NCBI RefSeq assembly: GCF_050320075.1
Contig: NZ_CP190018.1
Direction: 5' to 3' (one strand)
Length of the DNA stretch: 64,000 nucleotides
DNA from: Escherichia coli
Lineage (GTDB): Bacteria; Pseudomonadota; Gammaproteobacteria; Enterobacterales; Enterobacteriaceae
Of this stretch, positions 31,501-40,370 are shown one piece after another (the stretch's first letter is position 1; each line of letters starts with the position of its first letter). Under the pieces are notes generated by a model, which was not told the origin of the DNA, ran no database searches, and worked only from the letters and a program-made list of their open reading frames with translations. Position numbers and translations under genes: made by a program.

Positions 31501-32307
31501 AGCAGCGAGAACTTTATCTACACAGCGTTGCCACTCATCTTCTGAAGCGAGTGAAAGATGATGACATAGACGTTGATGCCAGTTCGGTAGTGATTCTGCT
31601 TTGAGATCAGGGGGAATAATGGTGGTGACGTCGGCTTTTACTGGTTTATATTTGAGTTGAAGAGCGAGAAGGGCGATTTCAACGGTAGTTTCCAGACCAC
31701 AGCGAATGACTAAGTCATCGACCAGTTCATCTGTAGAGTAAGAGTTCCATAAATTCCAGAGCAATGCCGCATCAGATTGTATACTTCCTGTTTGTTGATT
31801 ATTCAGAATTCGCCTTTGTAACTCGGCAAACGCCAGCTGCCAGTTTTCAGGATAAGAGCGGTAATTATTGTCGGGGTCATATGCCCTGGTGTTATTCGCG
31901 ATGCGCTTCCATATTTGGCCATCTTTGTACAGATAATTGATCTCTCTGGGGCGAGAGCGATGAGGAAAAGCAAATCGATTAATATCGCCAGTTACCGGAA
32001 TGACTGCATCATCAGCCACCCATGGGCGTTTGTTTTTACTCTCAGGGGAGGTTTCAACTTCAGGAGTGGCTTTGGTGATGGGGGGGATATGCACGTTTGC
32101 TAAAGCATTTTCCACATAGCCTTTTTTCGTTTTCTCTGCGATCAGCTTAAGCTCCGCTTTTGCCGCTGCCGCAGCATCCGCAAAACTTTTTACCTGGTTT
32201 TGCCCTTTGGTGCCAACTTTTCCCCAACAGATATGCAACTCGTTTCCCTGTTGCTCCACCGCCCAGAATTTATGTGATTTTTCGTCCTGAAAGATAAAGT
32301 GCCTCAT
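28510..32307 (-). CDS. Second WGR-domain / DUF4132 paralog (MolR-like), 1265 aa
   Basis: N-terminus MRHFIFQDEKSHKFWAVEQQGNELHICWGKVGT. Same architecture as molR, diverged in the middle. 12-nt gap to molR. I do not recall a second copy in K-12. Confidence 0.8.
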   Translation of the reverse strand: MRHFIFQDEKSHKFWAVEQQGNELHICWGKVGTKGQNQVKSFADAAAAAKAELKLIAEKTKKGYVENALANVHIPPITKATPEVETSPESKNKRPWVADDAVIPVTGDINRFAFPHRSRPREINYLYKDGQIWKRIANNTRAYDPDNNYRSYPENWQLAFAELQRRILNNQQTGSIQSDAALLWNLWNSYSTDELVDDLVIRCGLETTVEIALLALQLKYKPVKADVTTIIPPDLKAESLPNWHQRLCHHLSLASEDEWQRCVDKVLAAIPSLSPARQPFAALLLPERPDIANAMALRYADQNVPAMTWLRLVVTDDAALTTAEKYDFPPLYHDFRAYLAMLLANNGVRGVSRILLEFTEEHSDNPTYLFERISETEDLVKWLWKTNHPDAIQILILGVIGKKKHLEYLSKACQKHPAAALAAYATLLAIHEDAQWRKALVKLITATPDLVTDVIPWVNAKAAGILSECRTQLVAEECEYATADMLPELFVAPPWVINKKTNVIPVFDLPVLPIPAVTDITPGITELISHTDISRFSEIAQYQSSQQTLFTDLPLIEKESWETSFIPFTPEQQILWQLGFNEWLHCEDDLHEKKYIPQSAVDALLRFDFPALKAEFAKYHNNANKSWNLSALCYLPGQQAISFLNQIIIEERYSGEKEILAVFGSTAIPAFMTCLQRDHQRLWIFTLFIGASELALPMAQRLQKKMAYKDAINWLANNPRHAAAGLLPLALGKPCQNREYARQAFRLLVKLNQRETIEEIGRRYNQPDVLAALATLFDSDPLEEYPAKIAPLPGFYQFTLWRRPRLKSNNLPLPDDAMRHLGTMLSFPRDITSYAGLATIKETFTHESLADFGWDLYTAWTEAGAPAKENWAFTSLGILGNDDTARKLTPLIRAWPGESQHKRAVYGLDVLADIGSDVALMLLNGIARKIKFKALQEHAREKINIVAENRGLTMAELEDRLAPDLGLDNSGSLILDFGPRQFTVGFDETLKPVVHDANGKVLKDLPKPNQSDDQTLATDSVNLFKQLKKDVHAIASQQIDRLEQDMCQRRRWTAEQFRLFLVEHPLVRHLTRRVLWGVYTEENTLIACFRVAEDSTYSDAQDELFTLPAGNIGIPHVLEISPESATAFGQIYADYEKLPPFRQLDRGYYHLTDNERDTHELIRWQGRLCQAGRIVGLERRGWQRLEESGSVYAMRKSTPYGALELETEHFSLIYGETGYSDLLPVESVKITSPGERYSTQPSLTFSALDAITASELINDIESLFD

Positions 32308-32402
32308 TCTGCATCCCTGTAATTTTATCCAGTTGAATGCTGATGCTACCAGTATTTATGCGGGTTAGAGAGAGACAAAATCGCAAGAAAACAACTTTAG
32401 GA

Positions 32403-32437
32403 ATTTATAAAGAAAAGGCGCTGTCGATACAGCGCCT
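32403..32437 (-). terminator. Intrinsic terminator of metG
   Basis: Hairpin ggcgctgt-cgat-acagcgcc followed by a U-rich tract on the minus strand, 10-45 nt after the metG stop. Confidence 0.6.
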
Positions 32438-32447
32438 TGAAAGGAGA

Positions 32448-34481
32448 TTATTTCACCTGATGACCCGGTTTAGCACCGGCATCCGGGCTTAGCAGGAAAA
32501 TATCTTTCCCGCCAGGACCGGCAGCCATCACCATGCCTTCGGAGATACCGAAGCGCATTTTACGTGGTGCCAGGTTAGCCACCATAATGGTGTGACGACC
32601 AATCAGTGCCTGCGGATCCGGGTAAGCAGAACGAATGCCGGAGAAGACATTGCGTTTTTCACCGCCGAGATCCAGCGTCAGGCGCAGCAGTTTGTCGGAA
32701 CCTTCAACAAACTCTGCGTTTTCAATCAGTGCCACGCGCAGGTCAACTTTGGCGAAGTCATCAAAGGTGATAGTTTCCTGGATTGGATCGTCAGCCAGCG
32801 GGCCAGTTACCGGCGCGGCAGCGGCTTTTACTTCTTCTTTAGATGCTTCCACCAGTGCTTCAACCTGCTTCATATCGATGCGGTTATACAGCGCCTTGAA
32901 CGGATTCACTTTATGGCCCAACAGCGGTTGCTGGATACCATGCCAGGTCAGTTCTGTATTGAGGAATGCTTCTGCACGCTCGGTCAGTTTCGGCAGTACC
33001 GGCTTCAGGTAAGTCATCAGCACGCGGAACAGGTTGATGCCCATCGAGCAAATTGCCTGCAGGTCGGCATCGCGGCCTTCCTGTTTCGCCACCACCCACG
33101 GAGCCTGTTCATCGACATAGCGGTTAGCCAGGTCAGCCAGCGCCATAATTTCGCGTACTGCTTTACCAAATTCGCGGCTTTCCCACGCTTCACCAATCAC
33201 TTCAGCGGCATCCGTGAAGGTTTTGTACAACTGCGGGTCAGCCAGTTCGCTTGCCAGCACGCCGTCAAAACGCTTGTTGATAAAGCCAGCGTTACGGGAT
33301 GCCAGGTTAACCACTTTATTCACGATATCGGCATTCACACGCTGAACGAAATCTTCCAGGTTGAGATCGATATCATCAATGCGCGAAGAGAGTTTCGCAG
33401 TGTAGTAGTAACGCAGGCTGTCAGCATCAAAATGATTCAGCCAGGTACTGGCTTTAATAAAGGTGCCGCGAGACTTGGACATCTTCGCGCCGTTCACCGT
33501 CACATAGCCATGAACAAACAGGTTAGTCGGCTTGCGGAAGTTGCTGCCTTCCAGCATGGCAGGCCAGAACAGGCTGTGGAAGTAAACGATATCTTTACCG
33601 ATGAAGTGGTACAGCTCGGCGGTGGAATCTTTCTTCCAGTATTCATCGAAGCTGGTGGTGTTGCCGCGTTTGTCGCACAGATTCTTGAAGGAACCCATGT
33701 AGCCAATCGGTGCGTCCAGCCAGACGTAGAAATATTTGCCCGGCGCGTTCGGAATTTCAAAACCGAAGTAAGGGGCGTCGCGGGAGATATCCCACTGTTG
33801 CAGGCCGGATTCAAACCACTCCTGCATTTTGTTTGCCACCTGCTCCTGCAACGCACCGCTGCGGGTCCATGCCTGCAACATTTCGCTGAAAGAGGGCAGA
33901 TCAAAGAAGAAGTGTTCAGAATCACGCATTACCGGGGTAGCGCCAGAAACCACCGATTTCGGCTCGATCAGTTCAGTCGGGCTGTAGGTCGCACCGCAGA
34001 CTTCGCAGTTATCGCCGTATTGATCCGGGGATTTACATTTCGGGCAGGTGCCTTTTACAAAACGGTCCGGCAGGAACATGCCTTTTTCCGGATCGTAAAG
34101 CTGAGAGATGGTGCGGTTTTTAATAAAACCGTTTTCTTTCAGGCGAGAGTAGATAAGTTCTGACAACTGGCGGTTCTCTTCGCTGTGCGTCGAGTGATAG
34201 TTGTCATAGCTGATGTTAAAGCCTGCGAAATCAGTCTGATGCTCCTGACTCATTTCGCCAATCATCTGCTCCGGGGTGATACCGAGCTGCTGAGCTTTCA
34301 GCATGATCGGTGTGCCGTGGGCATCGTCGGCGCAGATGAAGTTGACCTCGTGGCCGCGCATTCGCTGGTAACGGACCCAGACATCAGCCTGGATGTGCTC
34401 CAGCATATGGCCGAGGTGGATTGAGCCGTTAGCGTACGGCAGTGCGCACGTCACCAGAATTTTCTTCGCGACTTGAGTCAT
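32448..34481 (-). CDS. metG: Methionyl-tRNA synthetase
   Basis: ORF 32448..34490. Start at [25 protein letters not shown] gives 677 aa. Class I aaRS HIGH motif and KMSKS present. Confidence 0.95.
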   Translation of the reverse strand: MTQVAKKILVTCALPYANGSIHLGHMLEHIQADVWVRYQRMRGHEVNFICADDAHGTPIMLKAQQLGITPEQMIGEMSQEHQTDFAGFNISYDNYHSTHSEENRQLSELIYSRLKENGFIKNRTISQLYDPEKGMFLPDRFVKGTCPKCKSPDQYGDNCEVCGATYSPTELIEPKSVVSGATPVMRDSEHFFFDLPSFSEMLQAWTRSGALQEQVANKMQEWFESGLQQWDISRDAPYFGFEIPNAPGKYFYVWLDAPIGYMGSFKNLCDKRGNTTSFDEYWKKDSTAELYHFIGKDIVYFHSLFWPAMLEGSNFRKPTNLFVHGYVTVNGAKMSKSRGTFIKASTWLNHFDADSLRYYYTAKLSSRIDDIDLNLEDFVQRVNADIVNKVVNLASRNAGFINKRFDGVLASELADPQLYKTFTDAAEVIGEAWESREFGKAVREIMALADLANRYVDEQAPWVVAKQEGRDADLQAICSMGINLFRVLMTYLKPVLPKLTERAEAFLNTELTWHGIQQPLLGHKVNPFKALYNRIDMKQVEALVEASKEEVKAAAAPVTGPLADDPIQETITFDDFAKVDLRVALIENAEFVEGSDKLLRLTLDLGGEKRNVFSGIRSAYPDPQALIGRHTIMVANLAPRKMRFGISEGMVMAAGPGGKDIFLLSPDAGAKPGHQVK

Positions 34482-34612
34482 AGTAGGCATTACTTCTTAA
34501 TAGTGAAAAGGGGTTAGATAGTACCAAATGGAAAAATGTTAAGTAAGTACTTCTCTATATTCTTCAGGTAAACTATCAGCTGATGGTTTATCTATACAAA
34601 AAAGGAGTCGGG

Positions 34613-35722
34613 ATGAACGAACAATCCCAGGCCAAATCACCAGAAGCCTTGCGCGCAATGGTCGCCGGGACACTGGCCAATTTTCAGCACCCAACCCTGA
34701 AGCATAACCTCACCACGCTGAAAGCGTTGCACCATGTCGCCTGGATGGATGACACGTTGCATGTGGAACTGGTTATGCCATTCGTCTGGCATAGCGCGTT
34801 CGAAGAGTTAAAAGAGCAATGTAGCGCCGAACTGCTGCGCATCACCGGGGCGAAAGCTATCGACTGGAAACTGTCGCACAATATCGCCACCTTAAAACGC
34901 GTGAAGAATCAGCCGGGAATTAACGGCGTGAAGAACATCATTGCGGTCAGCTCCGGTAAAGGCGGCGTGGGTAAATCCTCCACGGCGGTAAACCTGGCGC
35001 TGGCACTGGCGGCGGAAGGGGCGAAAGTCGGCATTCTGGACGCCGATATCTATGGCCCATCAATACCCACCATGCTGGGTGCAGAAAATCAGCGTCCAAC
35101 TTCGCCGGACGGTACCCATATGGCACCGATTATGTCTCATGGACTGGCAACCAATTCAATTGGTTATCTGGTCACTGACGACAATGCGATGGTGTGGCGT
35201 GGTCCGATGGCGAGCAAGGCGTTAATGCAGATGTTGCAGGAAACCTTGTGGCCGGATCTCGACTATCTGGTGCTTGATATGCCGCCAGGCACCGGTGACA
35301 TTCAATTGACACTGGCACAAAACATACCAGTAACTGGCGCGGTAGTGGTCACCACTCCGCAGGACATTGCGTTGATCGATGCGAAAAAAGGCATTGTGAT
35401 GTTCGAGAAAGTCGAGGTTCCGGTGCTCGGTATTGTCGAGAACATGAGTGTGCATATTTGCAGTAACTGTGGTCACCATGAACCGATTTTCGGTACCGGT
35501 GGTGCAGAGAAACTGGCCGAGAAATATCACACGCAGTTGCTGGGGCAGATGCCGTTACACATCTCCTTACGTGAAGATCTCGATAAAGGCACGCCAACGG
35601 TTATCAGCCGTCCGGAGAGCGAATTTACCGCTATCTACCGCCAGCTGGCTGACCGCGTTGCAGCCCAGCTTTATTGGCAGGGAGAAGTCATTCCTGGCGA
35701 GATTTCCTTCCGCGCGGTCTAA
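34613..35722 (+). CDS. mrp: Fe-S cluster carrier ATPase Mrp/ApbC
   Basis: Start MNEQSQ preceded by AAGGAG. 369 aa. P-loop GKGGVGKS. Confidence 0.9.
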   Translation: MNEQSQAKSPEALRAMVAGTLANFQHPTLKHNLTTLKALHHVAWMDDTLHVELVMPFVWHSAFEELKEQCSAELLRITGAKAIDWKLSHNIATLKRVKNQPGINGVKNIIAVSSGKGGVGKSSTAVNLALALAAEGAKVGILDADIYGPSIPTMLGAENQRPTSPDGTHMAPIMSHGLATNSIGYLVTDDNAMVWRGPMASKALMQMLQETLWPDLDYLVLDMPPGTGDIQLTLAQNIPVTGAVVVTTPQDIALIDAKKGIVMFEKVEVPVLGIVENMSVHICSNCGHHEPIFGTGGAEKLAEKYHTQLLGQMPLHISLREDLDKGTPTVISRPESEFTAIYRQLADRVAAQLYWQGEVIPGEISFRAV

Positions 35723-35984
35723 CGCGTATTAACCTTTTTGGTTGTTTTTCATACACCGCAGAGATGTTACATTGATGCGGTGTATTTGTTTTTGCCGCAT
35801 TAATGAACACTTATTTAATGCTGCAAATATTCTGCGGACCTTCGTCCGAAACTCTATAAAGTCGATTGATCGTACAGGCAATGCTTCATTATCATCCTTC
35901 GTGGCTGTGTAGTGGATGTACAGCTATAGTTTGTTATGCACTCATTCTATCCAGGCATAACCTTTACTACAGGGATAACGTTCA

Positions 35985-36266
35985 ATGAATAAGTACTGGC
36001 TGTCAGGAATTATTTTTCTTGCCTATGGAATGGCTTCTCCCGCGTTCTCTTCACAGACTGCCACATTAACGATTAATGGCAGGATCAGTCCCCCAACATG
36101 CAGTATGGCTATGGTTAATGGTCAACCTCAACAGTATTGTGGTCAGTTAACGTATGATGTTGATACCCGTCATCAGGTTTCTTCGCCAGTCAAAGGTGTA
36201 ACGACAGAAGTGGTTGTTGCAGGTAGCGATAGCAAACGTCGAATCGTGTTAAATCGCTACGATTAA
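35985..36266 (+). CDS. yehE: Small secreted protein YehE
   Basis: 93 aa with signal peptide, upstream of the fimbrial genes. Confidence 0.7.
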   Translation: MNKYWLSGIIFLAYGMASPAFSSQTATLTINGRISPPTCSMAMVNGQPQQYCGQLTYDVDTRHQVSSPVKGVTTEVVVAGSDSKRRIVLNRYD

Positions 36267-36561
36267 TTTGCCACCCTGGTTTTTTAATCGGATTTAGAAA
36301 GCTGAAATCATTCGTGTGAATGATTTCAGCTTTTTTATTTATATCAATAATACCACTTACAAAAATCTGCATTAATTAATAGATGTGATAAATATTTAAT
36401 ATGCTTAAGTATTTGTTGTGTTTATATTGCAATAGTTAATTTGTTTTAAATCAATAAAACAATATGTTTACATTGCGGCAACTTTTTTGATGTGAGAAAT
36501 TTGTTTCCAAGAGATACAGACTCTTAACAACCAAAAAATAAATTTTATTAAGGAACATATT

Positions 36562-37104
36562 ATGAAACGTTCAATTATTGCTGCCGCTGTCTTTTCTTCT
36601 TTTTTTATGAGCGCTGGGGTATTTGCCGCAGACGTTGATACCGGAACATTAACCATTAAAGGGAATATTGCAGAATCTCCGTGTAAATTCGAAGCGGGTG
36701 GCGATTCAGTAAGTATTAATATGCCAACTGTACCAACCACTGTCTTTGAAGGTAAAGCTAAATACTCGACCTATGATGATGCAGTCGGTGTAACCAGCAG
36801 CATGTTAAAAATTAGCTGTCCGAAAGAAGTTGCTGGTGTAAAACTCTCGTTGATTACCAACGATAAAATAACCGGAAACGATAAGGCGATAGCCAGTAGC
36901 AACGATACCGTGGGGTACTATCTCTATTTAGGTGATAACAGCGATGTCCTGGATGTTTCTGCACCTTTTAACATTGAGAGTTATAAAACAGCGGAAGGTC
37001 AATATGCTATTCCGTTTAAAGCAAAATACCTGAAGCTGACAGATAATTCAGTGCAATCAGGTGATGTGTTATCTTCTCTGGTTATGCGTGTGGCGCAGGA
37101 TTAA
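36562..37104 (+). CDS. yehD: Chaperone-usher fimbrial major subunit
   Basis: 180 aa, signal peptide, fimbrial subunit fold. First gene of yehDCBA. Confidence 0.8.
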   Translation: MKRSIIAAAVFSSFFMSAGVFAADVDTGTLTIKGNIAESPCKFEAGGDSVSINMPTVPTTVFEGKAKYSTYDDAVGVTSSMLKISCPKEVAGVKLSLITNDKITGNDKAIASSNDTVGYYLYLGDNSDVLDVSAPFNIESYKTAEGQYAIPFKAKYLKLTDNSVQSGDVLSSLVMRVAQD

Positions 37105-37184
37105 TAAATAAAACTTCAAGTTTCTCCAGGTAATAAACATGGCCGCTATCCCCATGGCGGCCTTTTAATTTAAGAGGCATTAAG

Positions 37185-37859
37185 ATGAAAGGATTATTAG
37201 CTTTACTCATTTCTTCTATGGTCCTTCCTGCACATGCCGGTATTGTTATCTACGGGACGCGTATTATTTACCCGGCAGAAAATAAAGAAGTGATGGTGCA
37301 GTTGATGAATCAGGGAAACCGTTCTTCGCTGCTGCAGGCGTGGATTGATGATGGCGATACGTCGTTACCACCAGAAAAAATTCAGGTTCCTTTCATGTTA
37401 ACGCCACCAGTGGCAAAAATAGGGGCAAATTCCGGGCAGCAAGTAAAAATCAAAATTATGCCGAATAAACTGCCCACTAATAAAGAGAGCATTTTTTATC
37501 TGAATGTTCTGGATATTCCACCAAATAGTCCAGAGCAAGAGGGCAAGAATGCACTGAAATTTGCAATGCAAAACAGAATTAAATTGTTTTACCGGCCTGC
37601 GGGTATTGCGCCAGTAAATAAAGCGACATTTAAAAAGTTACTGGTAAATCGCAGTGGCAATGGATTGGTGATAAAAAATGACTCAGCAAATTGGGTAACG
37701 ATTTCGGATGTCAAAGCTAATAATGTCAAAGTCAATTATGAAACTATTATGATTGCCCCCTTAGAAAGTCAGAGTATTAATGTCAAAAGTAATAATGCGA
37801 ATAACTGGTATCTGACCATTATCGATGACCATGGCAACTATATTAGTGACAAAATTTAA
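37185..37859 (+). CDS. yehC: Periplasmic fimbrial chaperone (PapD-like)
   Basis: 224 aa, signal peptide. Start may differ. Confidence 0.8.
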   Translation: MKGLLALLISSMVLPAHAGIVIYGTRIIYPAENKEVMVQLMNQGNRSSLLQAWIDDGDTSLPPEKIQVPFMLTPPVAKIGANSGQQVKIKIMPNKLPTNKESIFYLNVLDIPPNSPEQEGKNALKFAMQNRIKLFYRPAGIAPVNKATFKKLLVNRSGNGLVIKNDSANWVTISDVKANNVKVNYETIMIAPLESQSINVKSNNANNWYLTIIDDHGNYISDKI

Positions 37860-37874
37860 TTGCAGGAGCTGCCT

Positions 37875-40355
37875 ATGTTGAGAATGACCCCACTTGCATC
37901 AGCAATCGTAGCGTTATTGCTCGGCATTGAAGCTTATGCAGCTGAAGAAACCTTTGATACCCATTTTATGATAGGTGGAATGAAAGACCAGCAGGTTGCA
38001 AATATTCGTCTTGATGATAATCAACCCTTGCCGGGGCAGTATGACATCGATATTTATGTCAATAAGCAATGGCGCGGGAAATATGAGATCATTGTTAAAG
38101 ACAACCCGCAAGAAACATGTATATCAAGGGAAATTATCAAGCGGTTAGGCATTAATACCGATAACTTTGCCAGCGGTAAGCAATGTTTAACATTTGAGCA
38201 ACTTGTTCAGGGTGGGAGCTATACCTGGGATATCGGAGTTTTTCGTCTCGATTTCAGTGTCCCGCAGGCGTGGGTGGAAGAACTGGAAAGTGGCTATGTT
38301 CCACCGGAAAACTGGGAGCGGGGTATTAATGCGTTTTATACCTCTTATTATGTGAGTCAGTATTACAGCGACTATAAAGCGTCGGGTAATAGCAAGAGTA
38401 CATATGTACGTTTTAACAGCGGGTTAAACTTACTGGGGTGGCAACTGCATTCTGATGCCAGTTTCAGTAAAACAAATAGCAATCCAGGGGGGTGGAAAAG
38501 CAATACCCTGTATCTGGAACGTGGATTTGCCCAACTTCTCGGCACGCTTCGCGTGGGTGATATGTACACATCAAGCGATATTTTTGATTCTGTTCGCTTC
38601 AGCGGTGTGCGGTTGTTTCGTGATATGCAGATGTTGCCTAACTCGAAACAGAATTTTACTCCACGGGTGCAGGGGATTGCTCAGAGTAACGCGCTGGTAA
38701 CTATTGAACAGAACGGTTTTGTGGTTTATCAGAAAGAGGTTCCTCCTGGCCCGTTTGCGATTACAGATTTGCAGTTGGCCGGTGGTGGAGCAGATCTTGA
38801 TGTCAGCGTGAAAGAGGCGGACGGTTCGGTAACCACCTATCTGGTGCCTTATGCAGCGGTGCCGAATATGCTGCAACCTGGCGTGTCGAAATATGATTTT
38901 GCGGCGGGTCGTAGCCATATTGAAGGGGCGAGCAAACAAAGTGATTTTGTCCAGGCGGGTTATCAGTATGGTTTTAATAACTTATTGACGCTGTATGGCG
39001 GATCGATGGTCGCGAATAATTATTACGCGTTCACTTTGGGGACTGGCTGGAATACACGCATTGGTGCCATTTCCGTCGATGCCACGAAGTCGCATAGTAA
39101 ACAAGACAACGGCGATGTGTTTGACGGGCAAAGTTATCAAATTGCCTACAACAAATTTGTGAGCCAAACGTCGACGCGTTTTGGTCTGGCGGCCTGGCGT
39201 TATTCGTCGCGTGATTACCGGACATTTAACGATCATGTTTGGGCAAACAATAAAGATAATTATCGCCGTGATGAAAACGATATCTATGACATTGCCGATT
39301 ATTACCAGAACGATTTTGGCCGTAAAAATAGCTTTTCTGCCAATATGAGCCAGTCATTGCCAGAAGGCTGGGGTTCTGTGTCCTTAAGTACGTTATGGCG
39401 AGATTACTGGGGGCGTAGCGGCAGCAGTAAGGATTATCAGTTGAGTTATTCCAACAACCTGCGACGGATAAGCTATACCCTCGCGGCAAGCCAGGCTTAT
39501 GACGAGAATCATCATGAAGAGAAACGTTTTAATATTTTTATATCGATTCCCTTTGATTGGGGTGATGACGTTACGACGCCTCGTCGGCAAATATATATGT
39601 CTAACTCAACGACGTTTGATGATCAGGGTTTTGCCTCAAATAATACGGGATTATCGGGAACCGTTGGAAGCCGGGATCAATTTAACTATGGGGTCAACCT
39701 GAGTCATCAGCATCAGGGAAATGAAACGACAGCTGGAGCGAATTTAACCTGGAACGCGCCGGTTGCGACAGTGAATGGCAGTTATAGTCAGTCGAGTACT
39801 TATCGACAGGCTGGAGCCAGTGTTTCAGGGGGCATTGTCGCCTGGTCGGAGGGCGTTAATCTGGCGAACCGTCTTTCCGAAACGTTTGCAGTGATGAATG
39901 CGCCAGGAATTAAAGATGCTTATGTCAATGGGCAAAAATATCGCACAACAAACCGTAATGGAGTGGTGGTATACGACGGAATGACACCTTATCGGGAAAA
40001 TCACCTGATGCTGGATGTGTCGCAAAGCGATAGCGAAGCAGAATTGCGCGGTAACCGGAAAATTGCCGCACCTTATCGCGGCGCGGTTGTACTGGTTAAT
40101 TTTGATACCGATCAGCGCAAGCCCTGGTTTATAAAAGCGTTAAGAACGGATGGGCAACCATTAACGTTTGGTTATGAAGTCAATGATATCCATGGTCATA
40201 ATATTGGCGTTGTCGGCCAGGGAAGCCAGTTATTTATTCGCACCAATGAAGTACCGCCGTCGGTTAATGTGGCAATTAATAAGCAACAAGGACTTTCATG
40301 CACAATCACCTTCGGTAAAGAGATTGATGAAAGTAGAAATTATATTTGCCAGTAA
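37875..40355 (+). CDS. yehB: Outer-membrane fimbrial usher
   Basis: ORF 37860..40355. Start at MLRMTPLAS gives 826 aa. Usher-family sequence. Confidence 0.85.
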   Translation: MLRMTPLASAIVALLLGIEAYAAEETFDTHFMIGGMKDQQVANIRLDDNQPLPGQYDIDIYVNKQWRGKYEIIVKDNPQETCISREIIKRLGINTDNFASGKQCLTFEQLVQGGSYTWDIGVFRLDFSVPQAWVEELESGYVPPENWERGINAFYTSYYVSQYYSDYKASGNSKSTYVRFNSGLNLLGWQLHSDASFSKTNSNPGGWKSNTLYLERGFAQLLGTLRVGDMYTSSDIFDSVRFSGVRLFRDMQMLPNSKQNFTPRVQGIAQSNALVTIEQNGFVVYQKEVPPGPFAITDLQLAGGGADLDVSVKEADGSVTTYLVPYAAVPNMLQPGVSKYDFAAGRSHIEGASKQSDFVQAGYQYGFNNLLTLYGGSMVANNYYAFTLGTGWNTRIGAISVDATKSHSKQDNGDVFDGQSYQIAYNKFVSQTSTRFGLAAWRYSSRDYRTFNDHVWANNKDNYRRDENDIYDIADYYQNDFGRKNSFSANMSQSLPEGWGSVSLSTLWRDYWGRSGSSKDYQLSYSNNLRRISYTLAASQAYDENHHEEKRFNIFISIPFDWGDDVTTPRRQIYMSNSTTFDDQGFASNNTGLSGTVGSRDQFNYGVNLSHQHQGNETTAGANLTWNAPVATVNGSYSQSSTYRQAGASVSGGIVAWSEGVNLANRLSETFAVMNAPGIKDAYVNGQKYRTTNRNGVVVYDGMTPYRENHLMLDVSQSDSEAELRGNRKIAAPYRGAVVLVNFDTDQRKPWFIKALRTDGQPLTFGYEVNDIHGHNIGVVGQGSQLFIRTNEVPPSVNVAINKQQGLSCTITFGKEIDESRNYICQ

Positions 40356-40370
40356 TAGTCAGGTGGTTCT

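Noticed and set aside
32592-34163. 523-aa ORF on the plus strand entirely inside metG (antisense)
   Set aside because: Lies within a highly conserved essential gene on the opposite strand and has no SD or recognisable domains. This is a typical shadow ORF of a GC-rich coding region.
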